64,000 nt of DNA, taken from assembly GCF_044704955.1 (NCBI RefSeq), contig NC_091985.1, positions 138,632,001-138,696,000 on the forward strand. Direction: 5' to 3'. Position numbers and translations under genes: made by a program. Below, piece by piece: positions 26,008 to 38,626 of the stretch. The notes beneath the pieces were generated by a model, which saw only the letters and a list, made by a program, of their open reading frames with translations, made no database searches and had not been told where the DNA came from. The stretch comes from Pristiophorus japonicus (lineage: Eukaryota). The first letter of the stretch is position 1. Every line of letters begins with the position of its first letter.

Positions 26008-26425
26008 ATCATCATAGGCAGCCCCTAGAATCGAGGAAGACTTGCTTCCACTCTAAAAGTGAGCTCTCAGGTGGCTGTACAATCCAGTGCAGGAGTTACA
26101 GTCTCTGTCACAGGTGGGGCTGACAGTGGTTGAAGAAAACGGTGGGTGGGGAGCCTGGTTTGCCGCAAGCTCCTTCCACTGTCTGCGCTTGATTTCTGCA
26201 TGCTCTTGGCGACGAGACTCAAGGTGCTCAGCGCCCTCCCAGATGCTGTTCCTCCACTTTGGGCGGTCTTGGGCCAGGGATTCCTAGGTGCCAGTGGGGA
26301 TGTTGCACTTTATCAAGGAGGTTTTCAGGGTGTCCTTGAAACGTTTCTTCTGCCCACCTGGGGCTCGCTTGCCATGTAGAAGTTCCGAGTAGAGCGCTTG
26401 CTTAGGAGTCTCGTGTCGGGCATGT
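26008..26425 (-). mobile_element. RTE LINE 3' fragment
   Basis: Reverse complement of the 14284-14680 family with a (cat)n tail; shows the uninverted junction gagactcctaagcaagcgctctac. Confidence 0.92.
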
Positions 26426-26668
26426 GAGTTTAAAGAAGAAAGAAAGAAGAAAAACGGCCAAGAACAATTTAATCTTGACTCTGACAGAAGTGGTTCTTTG
26501 GATTCGATCAGTCATTGTCTCTGTGAAAGCGGCCTCCATAATTGCTGCTGTATCCGCCGCTCTGGCTCTTGTACCCGCCCAAGTAATCGCATTCTCCCGA
26601 GTCACATCGGCTGCCACCGTAGTCTCCACCGCCGCTGTAACCTCCGCTCCTGTCATTGTCCCCTAACT

Positions 26669-26985
26669 GCTGCCTCTCCTGCGGCTGCCGTAGCCACCTT
26701 TCCTGCGGCCACCGTAGCCACCTCTCCTGCGGCCACCGTAGCCACCTCTCCTGCGGCCATCGTAGCCACCTCTCCTGCGGCCACCGTAGCCACCTCTCCT
26801 GCGGCCACCGTAGCCACCTTTCCTGCGGCCACCGTAGCCACCTCTCCTGCGGCCACCGTAGCCACCTTTCCTGCGGCCGCCGTAGCCACCTCTCCTGCGG
26901 CCACCGTAGCCACCTTTCCTGCGGCCACCGTAGCCACCTCTCCTGCGGCCGCCGTAGCCACCTCTCCTGTGGCCGCCGTAGCCGC
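26669..26985. repeat. 24-bp tandem repeat, about 13 units
   Basis: Unit gccacct(c/t)tcctgcggcc(a/g)ccgta; long open frames on both strands. Confidence 0.97.
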
Positions 26986-27135
26986 CACCACCACAGCTGC
27001 GACCGCTGCCCAACTTTTTCTCTGCGTGGGCCCCCCGGACTTGCCGGCCATCAGTGGATTTCCCGTTCATCGCCTCAGCGATCGGCCTGTATTTACAAAA
27101 CTGCTCTTCCCGGGTCTGCTCGTCTGTGTGGGGAT

Positions 27136-28431
27136 TTAGACAGCCGATGAACAGCTTCTTTCTCCTCCAGCTCGGTTGGTGCTGTTCTTTGGGAACCCGG
27201 GGACAGCGGTCTGTGGAGGAATGAAGTCTACCCAGCTCCTACGGACCTTCCCCATCCGTCTCCTGCCGAGTAGCGTCGGCCCATCGCCTGCAATGACCCA
27301 TAAAGGTAAAGCATACGTCTCGCCCCAGTGAGGTACCTGCACATCCGCTCTGCCAAGAACAGGTATCAGTTCCCTGGTGTAGGTGCGCAGCTTCGCCGTG
27401 ACCGGGACCAGCTTAGGTCGTGCAGCTGGGTTAATCCACAGTTTATCAAAAGTTTCCTGGCTCATCAACGACGGACCCGATCCAGTGTCCACTTCCATAC
27501 TCATAGGGAATCCGTTAATCTTGACTTCCATAATCACTGGGTCTGAATCGTTGGTACACGTATACAGTCCAAACACCTCATCTTCTTCTGCCTGCTCCTC
27601 ACTGGGATCCTCTACCATCTCCTCAGCCACATGGTGAGTCAGGTTTCTTTTGCACATACGCTGAAGGTGGCCTTCCGTGTGGCAGGTATTGCACGTATAC
27701 TCCGCAAACCGGTGAGCCCCATAGCTTGCTCCACAGCACCAGCATGGTGCTACTCGATTAGCCTCCCTCGGCGGACTCTGAGTTCCAGGACCCCGAGGTC
27801 CATGCTCTCTGACCTGGGCAGAGCCACGTTCTGCAGTTTTGTCCGTGGCAGGTGCTATCCTGTGGACAGTACCTGCCGGGTTCGAGACCGTGTGGATCAT
27901 CTGCCTGGTGCTGCAAGTCGAGGTCATAAATGCCCGGCTGATGGTGATGGCTTGCTTCAGGGTGACTGTAGGTTCAGTAGATAGCAGCTTGTGAAGGAGC
28001 CTCTCATGGCGAATCCCCATAACAAAAATGTTTCGCAATGCCTCGTCAAGGTGTGCGCCAAAATCACACGGCGCCACAAGTCTCCTGAGGTCCGCAGCAT
28101 ATTTGGTGACATCCTGGCCCTCAGGTCGGCAGTGATGGTAGAATTTGTACCTGGCCGTGAGGATGCTCTCCTTCGGTTTCAGTTGGTCACGAATGAGTTC
28201 GATCAGCTCCTCATATGACCTGTCCCTGGCGCTCGCGGGTGCCAGCAAATCCCTGACGAGTCAGTAAACCTCATCGCCACAACTGGAAAGCAATATCGCC
28301 TTACGCTTCTCTCTCAGTGTGTCCGTGCCCCCCGTCAGGTCGTTTGCTGTAAAGTAGTACTCGAGCCTTTCCGTAAAGGCCTCCCAATCATTACCCACCG
28401 TAAAATCCTTTAACGAGCCCAGAGTAGCCAT
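27136..28431 (-). pseudogene. Gypsy gag-protease ORF (one internal stop near 28262)
   Basis: ORF 27136-28248 with knuckle CNTCHTEGHLQRMC and protease VDTGS. Confidence 0.88.
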
Positions 28432-28739
28432 GGTTGAGTGAAGCTCGTCCGTGTCCTTGTCGCCAATGTGGTGTATGTAGCAGTCAAATCACTGACTCCA
28501 AACAGTCTGGTGTTGTAGTAACTGCTGTGACCTTAGTCCTTTATTGTGCAACTCCAGAGTGCCTCTCAGGTGTGGTGGGCAGCCTTTTATACTCGGTTTT
28601 GCAGGTACTTTCAGGTCTCCCACCACAGCGCCCTCTGTGGTGCACCATTGTACTTATACATTTAATGTACCTGGACAATACATAATATTGACATTTCAGC
28701 CAAGTGTGCTTGAAATTTACCTTTGATTGTTAGCTGTGC

Positions 28740-29006
28740 TGCAAAACAAAGAACCTCTCAAAGTCTCTGTGTTGGTTGGCAGGATCATCCACCAACAAAA
28801 ATTTCAGCTAGAGAATCCAATTATCCTATGCTCATCGCCAATGTGCTATATTCTTACGACATCACTAACAAACATACTGTACAAGATGGCTCCAATACAG
28901 AAAACCTGACATTATGTGACTTTTATTATTTACATCAGTAATTGCATTAGCACACTAGTCCAATAGGTGGAGCAGTAGTCCTATAGGGGGAGTTCTATTA
29001 CTAGAC
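28740..29006 (-). mobile_element. 5' LTR plus PBS and leader of another Gypsy family
   Basis: LTR starts at 28842; PBS TGGCGATGAG; homologous to 38412-38626 and to the LTR at 36080. Confidence 0.75.
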
Positions 29007-29040
29007 GGACAATCTGATCTTCTACTTTTATTTTTCAAAC

Positions 29041-29261
29041 CTGTTGTACGCAACAAGTACCAAACCGTGTTGCATTGGGAAGTGCTCTGCGATTCTGCAC
29101 TTGCTTTTCCTCAGGAAAACAGAAAGTGGATATTTGTTGCTTATCTTCTAGTTTATGAAGGGTGAAATTTAACTGGCCCTAAATATTCAAGATATAAATT
29201 GTAGTCTGTTCCATAACAGCAGCATGTATGGCACAAAAATGGTGCGAACGGCTATTAGAAT
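29041..29261 (-). pseudogene. FN3 (D4 C-half-like) exon remnant
   Basis: Bounded by AG and GT; one frame open except one TAG: HFCAIHAAV...I*GQLNFTLHKLE. Confidence 0.35.
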
Positions 29262-29329
29262 CTAAAAATATCTTTTGTATATGTAATTCATATACTATAT
29301 AGATCGTGTTTTTGCTATACATTATATAT

Positions 29330-30237
29330 AACAACAACTTGCATTCATTTAGCTCCTTTAACATAGTAATACATCCCATGGTGCTCCACAGGAGCGTTAT
29401 CAAATAACATTTGACATCGAGCCACATAAGGAGATATTAGGGCACACTTGGTCAAAGAGGTAGGTATTAAAAAGCCTCTTAAAGGAGGAGAGAGAAAGGT
29501 AGAGAGGTGGAAAGGTTTAGGGAGGGAATTCCAGAGCTTAGGGCCAAGGCACCTGTCAGCACGGCCACCAATGTTGGAGCAATTAAAATCGGGGATATGT
29601 AAGAGGCTAGAATTGGAGAAACGCTGAAATCTCGGAGGGTTATAAGGCTGGAGGAGATTATAGAGATAGGGAGGGGTGAGGCAATGGAGGGATTCGAAAA
29701 TAAGGCTGACAATAGAAAAATCATGGCATTGCTGGACTGGAAGCCAATATAGGTCAGCGAGCACAGGGGTAATGTGTGAACAGGACTTGGTGTGAGTTAG
29801 GATACGGGCAGCAGAGTTTTGGATGAGATCAAGTTTACGGAGGGTGCAAGGTGGGAGGCCAGCCAGGAAAGTATTAAAGTGGTCGAGTCTAGAGGTAATA
29901 AAGGAATGGCTGAGGGTTTCAGCAGCAAATGAGCTGAGGCAGGGTTGGAAACGGGGAATATTAGGGAGGCGGTGTTGGTAATGATGGAGCGGATATGTGA
30001 TCGGAAGCTCATCGTGGGGTCAAATAGGACTCCAAGGTTGCGAGCAGTCTGTTCAGCCTCAGAAAGTGGCCAGCGGAGGGATGGAGTCAGTGGCTAGGGA
30101 ACAAAGTTTGTGGCAAGGACCGAAGTCAATGGCTTCGACCTTCTCAATAGTTAGTTGGAGGAAATTTCTGCTCATCCAATACTGGATGTTGGACAAGCAG
30201 AGTGACAAATCAGAGGCAGTGAAGGAGTCAAGAAAGG
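29330..30237 (-). mobile_element. L2 LINE 3' ~900 bp
   Basis: CLSNIQYWMSRNFLQL, LYWLPV, GPKLWNSLP motifs; (gtt)n tail. Confidence 0.93.
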
Positions 30238-30479
30238 TATTTATATATATACATGAAATTATGCAGCATATATATATGAGTGTGGGTGTGTATGCAAAGC
30301 AGTTTAGAATGATCAACGATTTTTTTACTGGAGTGTGTGTACACACAAATAACTAAACAGCTTTAATAAATATTTTAAATCAGGATTATCTACATTGTAA
30401 AACAGGGAGCTATAAATTGCCATTTTGCTCTAACTGGTTATTTATGTTCAATAAATCAGAGGTAAGGAAAGGGAGTCCC

Positions 30480-30573
30480 AACACAGAGCATTGTAGGAAC
30501 TGATTCTTTTGTGCCAAATGATGAAGCTGGATTAACGATCCACCTAAAGTCCTTACAGCTATTTCTGCAAAAT
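30480..30573 (-). pseudogene. FN3 (D4 N-half-like) exon remnant
   Basis: Strong acceptor ctttctctctctctcgttgccag; DFRWIVNPASSFGTK resembles gp130 SFWYKIDPSHTQGYR (the R codon AGG is one change from TGG). Confidence 0.4.
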
Positions 30574-30879
30574 CTGGCAACGAGAGAGAGAGAAAGTGTT
30601 ACAAGAGGTTGATTTCACTGAGATCAATCAATCGTTAAAAGTTCAATAGTCAGGTCTTTTGTGCCAAATTCATTGTCAAAGTTAATTACAAAGAATAGAG
30701 AGAAGATTGCCCTTTTAAACATGGCTATTGCATTCTCTTGCAATGTTTTACATTTGGGGAATTAGATCAAATGCTGTGACAGCAGGCAAATGCAACAGAA
30801 AAACCACCACAAGGCTTAATGACAGGTAATCCGCACTATAACCAGTGACCACTTTCATCACAATGAAGTCACAGAAAGA

Positions 30880-31015
30880 NNNNNNNNNNNNNNNNNNNNN
30901 NNNNNNNNNNNNNNNNNNNNNNNNNNNNNNNNNNNNNNNNNNNNNNNNNNNNNNNNNNNNNNNNNNNNNNNNNNNNNNNNNNNNNNNNNNNNNNNNNNNN
31001 NNNNNNNNNNNNNNN
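30880..31015. other. Assembly gap (N run)
   Basis: 136 N bases. Confidence 1.
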
Positions 31016-31524
31016 GAAAAAGAAAGAAAATTGCATAATTTATATCATTGTGCCACATATTTCCAAATAAATGAAAACAGTTTTTCAATACTTTTCAATG
31101 AAAATAGTGCCACTTTAGTGAAATAGTGAGTCAGAGTGAGAAAAAAATCTCCTTAGTTGTAAACGTAATAAATGTTTCAAAATGATGTGATCTTTATGTG
31201 ATTGCGTACATTATTGACTAGGCATTAGTCTTTTGAGCAAGTGACAATTAGCCACACGAATGATGAGACACATCCAGTGATGTCATTAAACAGTAAATTA
31301 GCAATGCTTCACAGTGCTAATTAGTTTTTTTTTGTGAAGTCCTTTTTTATAACAGTACAATGTTGTGTTTTAATTGCATGCCCTACAGTTTATTCGTCTA
31401 AGAAATTGCCACACTGGATATACAATAAACAATTTGCATTTATATAGCGTCTTACGCATAAAACATCACGTGGTATTTCACAGGAGCAGCAGTGGGAAGA
31501 AATTAGGGGAAAGGACCCAAAGGG

Positions 31525-32510
31525 CTGTCAAAATGATTTAGACGAGGGGATTAAATGTAGTATCTCCAAATTTGCGGATGACACTAAGTTGGGTGGCAGT
31601 GTGAGCTGCGAGGAGGATGCTATGAGGCTGCAGAGTGACTTGGATAGGTTAGGTGAGTGGGCAAATGAATGGCAGATGAAGTATAATGTGGATAAATGTG
31701 AGGTTATCCACTTTGGTGGTAAAAACAGAGAGACAGACTATTATCTGAATGGTGACAAATTAGGAAAAGGGAAGGTGCAACGAGACCTGGGTGTCATGGT
31801 ACATCAGTCATTGAAGGTTGGCATGCAGGTACAGCAGGTGGTTAAGAAAGCAAATGGCATGTTGGCCTTCATAGCGAGGGGATTTGAGTACAGGGGCAGG
31901 GAGGTGTTGCTACAGTTGTACAGGGCCTTGGTGAGGCCACACCTGGAGTATTGTGTACAGTTTTGGTCTCCTAACTTGAGGAAGAACATTCTTGCTATTG
32001 AGGGAGTGCAGCGAAGATTCACCAGACTGATTCCCGGGATGGTGGGACTGACCTATCAAGAAAGACTGGATCAACTGGGCTTGTATTCACTGGAGTTCAG
32101 AAGAATGAGAGGGGACCTCATAGAAACGTTTAAAATTCTGACGGGTTTAGACAGATTAGATGCAGGAAGAATGTTCCCAATATTGGGGAAGTCCAGAACC
32201 AGGGGTCACAGTCTAAGGATAAGGGGTAAGCCATTTAGGACCGAGATGAGGAGAAACTTCTTCACCCAGAGAGTGGTGAACCTGTGGAATTCTCTACCAC
32301 AGAAAGTAGTTGAGGCCAATTCACTAAATATATTCAAAAGGGAGTTAGATGAAGTCCTTACTACTCGGGGGATCAAGGGGTATGGCGAGAAAGCAGGAAT
32401 GGGGTACTGAAGTTTCATGTTCAGCCATGAACTCATTGAATGGCGGTGCAGGCTAGAAGGGCTGAATGGCCTGCTCCTGCACCTATTTTCTATGTTTCTA
32501 TGTATGTTTC
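31525..32510 (+). mobile_element. CR1 LINE, 5'-truncated young copy with an open RT C-terminal frame
   Basis: FADD at about 31571, ORF 31589-32410, (ttctatgt)n tail. Confidence 0.96.
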
Positions 32511-32964
32511 TAAAAGGCTTTGCAGAAGGCTTTGAAAGTGGGAAGAGAGGTCGCAAGATGAAAGAGTTCAGGGAGAAGTCCAGAGTGCAGGTATGGCAAC
32601 AGAAGCCATTTGAACTGTCCACTTTGTTGTTCTTGTCTTTATATCATGATTAGAGTTCCTGACAATAATCAAATGATAAAGGAATAACAACCAAATGTAT
32701 TATGCATGAAAACTACTTTACAGCAGCTCGCAAATGCCATTTGCCAACTGATGAATTTTTCTAGTCTACATTTAACCAGTGGTTTAATTGCAATATCAAT
32801 GCATCACTTGATAGTGTGAATGGGACATTTCTAAAATTGCAGACTCAAACAAATATGTTGTTAAATTCCCTTTCATGTCAAAGGCTTCTTATCAGTCAAG
32901 TTACAATAGCCTAACTTTTGATACTTTGCTTTAAAATTACATTTACTAAAATAGAAAAGCAGAG

Positions 32965-34922
32965 CAAGGAGCTCATGGATTTCTTTGTCACTAAGATTGA
33001 GACCATCTGATCAGCTGCCTCTGCCACTTCCTTTCCTTCTCCTTGCCCACCGGCCCAAACTTACTCCAAGGATCCCCCTGCCCAAGTCCTGAACTCACAT
33101 CTTTCTCCAGTTTCTCTCCGCTCTTATCTCATTACTTCTCCACGCTCATCTTGCCCATGAGACCCACTTCCTGCTCCCTCAACCCTATTCCCATTAGACT
33201 GCTGACCACCAACCTTTCTTTTATGACTCCCGTGTTAGCTAAGGGTTCGCTCTCTTTAGGTACTGTCACCCTCTCCTTCAAATCTACCATCATCACCCCT
33301 CTCCTAAAAAACAACCCGTGACCCCTCCGTCCTTGCAAACTGCTGACCATCTCCAACCTCCATTTCTTCTCCAAAGTCCTTGAGCATGTTGCCGCCTCCC
33401 AAACCCATGCCCATCTTACCTGCAACGTCCTCCAATCAGGATTCCTCGCCTGCCATCAAAGTCACAAATCACATCCTTTGTGACTGTGGCAAAGGTAGAC
33501 TATTCCTCCTCAACCAGTCTGCAGCTTTTGACATGGTTGGCCACTCCATTCTCCTCTAATGCCTCTCCACCGGCATCCAGCTGGATGGGATTCCACTTGC
33601 CTGGTTCCATTCTTATCTGTCTAATCGTAGGCAGAGAATCTCTTGCAATGGTTTCTCTTCCCGCTTCCGCATTATTACCTTTGGTGTCCCCCAGGGGTCT
33701 ATCCTTGGTCCTCTCCTATTTCCCATCTACATGCTGCCCCATGGCGACATCATCTGAAAACACAGCCTCAGTTTCCACATGTACGCTGATGACACCCAAC
33801 TCTACCTCACCACCACTTCTCTCGACCCCTCCACTGTCTCTAATTTGTCAGACTGCTTGTCCAACATCCAGTATAGGATGAGCAGTATAGGATGTTCTCC
33901 AATTAAACATTGGGAAGGCCAAAGCCATTATTTTCGGTCCCCGCCACAAATTCCATTCCCTAGCCACTAGCTCCATCCCTCTATCTGAGGCTGAACCACA
34001 CTTTTTGCAACCTTGGTGTCATATTTGACCCTGAAATGAGCTTCCAACCAAATATCCACACCATGACTAAGACCGCCTATTTCCACCTGTGTAACATCGC
34101 CAGTCTCCGCCCTTGCCTCAGCTTGCCTGCTGCTGAAAAACTCATCCATGCCTTTGTTACCTCTAGACTTGACTATTCCAAAGCTGGCCTCCCACATTTT
34201 ATCCTATGTAAACTAGAGATCATTCAAAACTCTGCTGCCCATATCGTAACTCACACCAAGTCCCATTCACCCATCACCATCTGTATTCGCTGACCTACAT
34301 TAGTCCCGATTAAGCAACGCCTCGATTTCAAAATACTAATCCTTGTTTTCAAATCCCTCTATGGCCTTGTCCCTCCCTATCATTGCTGAGCACCTCGAGT
34401 CTCGTCGTCGAGAGCATGCAGAAAACAAGCGCAGGCAGCGGAAGGAGCGTGCAGCAAACCAGTCTCCCCACCCACCCTTTCCTTCAACGACTGTCTGTCC
34501 CACCTGTGACAGAGACTGTAATTCCCGTGTTGGACTGTACAGTCACCTGAGAACTCACTTTTAGAGTGGAAGCATCTTCCTTAATTTTGAGGGACTGCCT
34601 ATGAATCTCCACCAATCCCCCAACCCCCAAGATATCTCCGCTCCTCTAATTCTGGCCTGATTTTAATCGCCCAATCATTGGTGGCTGTGCCTTTATCTCC
34701 CTGGGCCCTGAGCTCTGGAATTCCCTGCCTAAACCTCCCTGCCTCTCTATCTCTCTTTCCTCCTTGAAGACATTCCTTAAAATCTACCTCTTTGACCAAG
34801 CAAGTGCCCTAATTTCTCCTTTTGTGGCTCAGTGTCAAATTTTGTTTTATAACACACCTGTGAAGCGCCTTGGGACATTTTACTATGTTAAAGGCACTAC
34901 ATAAATGCAAGTTGTTGTTATT
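32965..34922 (+). mobile_element. L2 LINE RT region to 3' end
   Basis: [18 protein letters not shown] and FVTSRLDY motifs, with frameshifts. Confidence 0.93.
34382..34604 (+). mobile_element. RTE 3' fragment inserted in L2
   Basis: AEHLESRRREHAE...CPTC...HLRTH; same family as 14284-14680. Confidence 0.9.
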
Positions 34923-34964
34923 GATGACATTGTTGCTGACTATTTTCCTGATTCCATGATATAC

Positions 34965-35085
34965 CTCTGCACTGAATTTACTAGTCATGCCACAGTATAT
35001 GATACCTGGGATTATTACCAATTCAGTGAAGTCAATAATAATACTTGGCTTCAGAATTTGGATTAAACTAAAGCAATCCAGTTTT
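34965..35085 (-). pseudogene. Cytokine-binding D3-like exon remnant
   Basis: AG/GT-bounded open frame with QILKP and, 16 residues later, YCGMTS, near where gp130 has YWSDWS (17 residues after LKP). Confidence 0.35.
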
Positions 35086-35124
35086 CTACAAAAAAAATCC
35101 TGAGGCAATATTTAGAAATTAAGA

Positions 35125-35635
35125 AAACCTTGCATTTATATACCGCCCTTTCATGTCCTCAGGGTGTCACATGGCACGTACAACCAATGAAGTACTTTTG
35201 AAGTGTAGTCACTGTTGTAATGTAGGAAACCGGGCAGCCAATTTTCAGGCAACAGTGTCCCATGAGCGGCAATGAGATAATGACCAGATAATCTGTTTTT
35301 AGATGTTGGTTGAGGCATAAATATTGGCCAGGGTATGAGGGAGAACTCCTCTCCTTGGGTTCTGCTATGTCAACCTGAGAGGTTTAATGTCTCCTCCAAA
35401 ATACACACCTCTGTCAGTGTAGCGCTCCCTCAGTACTGCACTGGATTATGCACACAAGTCTCTGGATCCAGACAGGGCCTTGGTTTAACATTTCATCCAA
35501 AAGACAGCACCCCTGACAATGCAGCACTCTCAGTATGCCAGCAAACATTTTGTTCTCAAATCTCTGGAGAGGGACTTGAACCCACAACTATTCTGTCTCA
35601 GAGGTGAGAATGTTGCCACTGAGTCATGGCTGACA
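35125..35635 (-). mobile_element. Deu-domain SINE with a partly duplicated middle
   Basis: Reverse complement of the 11345 SINE, including the tRNA-like head. Confidence 0.8.
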
Positions 35636-36079
35636 CCTACAGCAATAAAGTCAAATAAAGTATCAGTATTGGCTGCCTCAGGGCAAACTGATATTGCAAT
35701 ATGGAACTCTTATTTACAAAACTTGCTTTTGTAAAGTAATACAAGAACTCCCTTAACTTCTCTTTGATATTTCTTACAGAAGAAAACTTAAATTGTGAAA
35801 TAACATAAACGTTAACTAATCACATCTTCCTGATTGTCCAAACTCTAAGTGAAAGTTTGTTGAAAGTGAAGATGGGTATTACAGGGAGTTAATTTGGGCT
35901 GTGGAGTGTCTGTTTTTCATGCACTATGCAGCCTCCAGGGCCCCAAATGGCAGGCAGGAAACATGGGCATACATCCGATCAGAAGTGCACCACCTGAAGC
36001 AGACATTAGTTTCTATGCATATTCAAATAAGGGGCCCAACAGGCCCTGAGGCAACTGGTGCAGCGGACTTAGGATAAAC

Positions 36080-37205
36080 TGTGATATCGTCTCTACGCCA
36101 TCATCATCATCATCATCATCATAGGCAGTCACTCGAAACGAGGTTGCACGCCACAACATCACATCACAACAAACTCAGACTACAAGATGGCTTCAGTTCT
36201 TTTATTATTTTTCCAACGATGGCTGCATTACCATAGTAGTCCACTAGGTGGATCAGTCGTCCATTAGGTGGAGCTAAATATGACACTTCTCCCTCCTTAA
36301 TGAAGAAGTAATCATCACTAAATTATCATCATACATAATTTGCATGGTTATACATAACAAAAGATATGGACTTTTTTTGCCATATTTACGAATCAAACTT
36401 AACCACTTGTTTTCTATTTCAAAGAGGATACCTTTGTTTTCGAACAGAACTTTCCAAACATGGTGTCGAATTTAGACTCATTCTAGGCTGAGCCTGAGGA
36501 GAATTTGTCTCCAAGCGATGCCCTTGATCGACATTAGAACTCTCTACAACTTCAGACTGTTTGTTTGCATGACTCAGATTCAAACTTAAAACCTGACTTT
36601 CTCTTGGACTTGTTTCGAGTACATCTGATGTGGGATATGCTACTGGTATTCTTTTTGTAATAAGACTATCGGTTGAGTCAGAAATAATTGAATCATTCCA
36701 ACTTCCAACTCCTTCCACATCTATAAGTAAAATATGATCAATGTGAACAAACCTAACCTGTCCATGGATCAAACATCTTGACCAAATATGTGCGAGGACC
36801 ACATTTCTTCACTATTCTTTCTGGTAACCAGCTTAACCATTTATGTTGATGGTTCTTCAATCTAATCTTCTGATTCAATTTCAATTTTCTCTCTCTTACT
36901 CTACCTCCATCATAATTCGCTTTCTGCCTTAATTGTTTCTCTTCGACAGACTGTGCCAAGTTTGGCTTTAGCAACAAGAACCTGGTTCGTGGCTATCATT
37001 TGAGGAACAACTCTGCTGGTGTTCTACCAGTAGTTGTATAAGGAGTATTATGATAAGTAATTTGAAAATTAGCCAATTTGTGGTCCAATGACAACTGCCG
37101 TTTCTTTGATTTGGATGTAAACCATCTTTTTCTACTTTGTGCCCCAAATACTCTACTGAGCCTTGAAATAACTCACACGTGCGAGCAATCACTCGAACTC
37201 TGTGC
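36080..37205 (-). mobile_element. Gypsy remnant: 3' LTR, PPT, integrase C-terminus and an RT scrap
   Basis: LTR 36080-36285 (with a tiny RTE tail inserted at about 36100-36145); PPT aaggagggagaag; QKANYD...GPRTYLV; VEYLGHKV. Confidence 0.8.
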
Positions 37206-37209
37206 TTCT

Positions 37210-38003
37210 CTGTGGTAAAAACAGAGAGACAGACTATTATTTGAATGGTGACAGATTAGGAAAAAGGGAGGTGCAACGAGACCTGGGTGTCATGGTACAT
37301 CAGTCACTGAAGGTTGGCATGCAGGTACAGCAGGCGGTTAAGAAAGCAAATGGCATGTTGGCCTTCATAGCGAGGGGATTTGAGTACAGGCGCAGGGAAG
37401 TGTTACTACAGTTGTACAGGGCCTTGGTGAGGCCACACCTGGAGTATTGTGTACAGTTTTGGTCTCCTAACTTGAGGAAGGACATTCTTGCTATTGAGGG
37501 AGTGCAGCGAAGGTTCACCAGACTGATTTCCGGGATGGTGGGACTGACATATCAGGAAAGACTGGATCAACTGGGCTTGTATTCACTGGAGTTCAGAAGA
37601 ATGAGAGGGGATCTCATAGAAACGTTTAAAAATCTGACGGGTTTAGACAGGTTAGATTCAGGAAGAATGTTCCCAATGTTGGGGAAGTCCAGAACCAAGG
37701 GTCACAATCTAAGGATAAGGGGTAAGCCATTTAGGACCGAGATGAGGAGAAACTTCTTCACCCAGAGAGTGGTGAATCTGTAGAATTCTCTACCACAGAA
37801 AGTTGTTGAGGCCAATTCACTAAATATATTCATAAAGGAGTTAGATGTAGTCCTTACTACTAGGGGGATTAATGGGTATGGCGAGAAAGCAGGAATGGGG
37901 TACTGAATTTGCATGTTCAGCCATGAACTCATTGAATGGCGGTGCAGGCTCGAAGGGCCGAATGGCCTACTCCTGCACCTATTTTCTATGTTTCTATGTT
38001 TCT
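37210..38003 (+). mobile_element. CR1 LINE, 5'-truncated young copy
   Basis: Near-identical to 31715-32500. Confidence 0.95.
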
Positions 38004-38087
38004 CTAGCCATTTGAGCATATCATTCAATACGTTATTATGGATTTGCCTGTTTGGTGCTGAAATTAATATGAAATCTAAATAACATA

Positions 38088-38405
38088 CAGGTGCAGCACC
38101 TAAAATCTGGAATCCTCGGGACCGAGGCTGTTCCAGATCCCAGGCTTTTCCGGACTTTCGATTTGCTTTCAGACATGACAAAGCCGGAAACATCCAAGCC
38201 CAGGTTCGGGTATTTTCGGATTTTGGAATGTCAGAAAGGGGGCTGGATACCAGCCGAGGAGCAGGTTGGGCTGTCCGGGGCCTACCGAGGAGGTCATCGG
38301 GCCGGCCGGAACCCGTCGAGGACATGTTCGCTGAGTAGGATATTGTCGGGCAGGCCAGCCCTGCTGAGGAGGTCGTCATCAGGCCGGCCCCGCCAAGGAT
38401 TTTGT
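38088..38405. mobile_element. Tc1/mariner (pogo/Tigger-like) MITE, left part
   Basis: TA followed by caggtgcagcacc; homologous to the start of 63158-63534. Confidence 0.6.
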
Positions 38406-38411
38406 CCTCTG

Positions 38412-38626
38412 TAACACAAAGGACCCTCTAGTCTCTCTGTTGTTTGGCTGGAATCATCCACCAACAAAATTTCAGCTAGGGAATCCAATTATCTTATCCT
38501 CATCGCCAATGTGATATCTTCTCTACGACATCACAACACACTCACACTACAAGATGGTTTCAGTCCTTTTATTATATTTCCAGCAGTGGCCACATTACCA
38601 CTAGGTGGAGCAATAGTCTACTAACA
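38412..38626 (-). mobile_element. 5' LTR plus PBS and leader fragment
   Basis: LTR 38510-38626; PBS TGGCGATGAGG; homologous to 28740-29006. Confidence 0.75.

Larger units (their letters stand above)
26426..28687 (-). mobile_element. Gag-protease-only Gypsy derivative; 5' LTR present, 3' LTR absent
   Basis: LTR about 28467-28687 with adjacent PBS TGGCGACAAGG; gag ATG at 28431; no RT downstream of the protease. Confidence 0.85.

Noticed and set aside
26669-26985. Possible CRISPR array, or a host Gly/Arg-rich or antifreeze-like gene
   Set aside because: The units are contiguous with no spacers, the context is eukaryotic, and the array lies within an LTR-element context. Open frames follow from a stop-free 24-bp unit.
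30845-31126. ORFs containing X runs
   Set aside because: Artefacts of the assembly gap.
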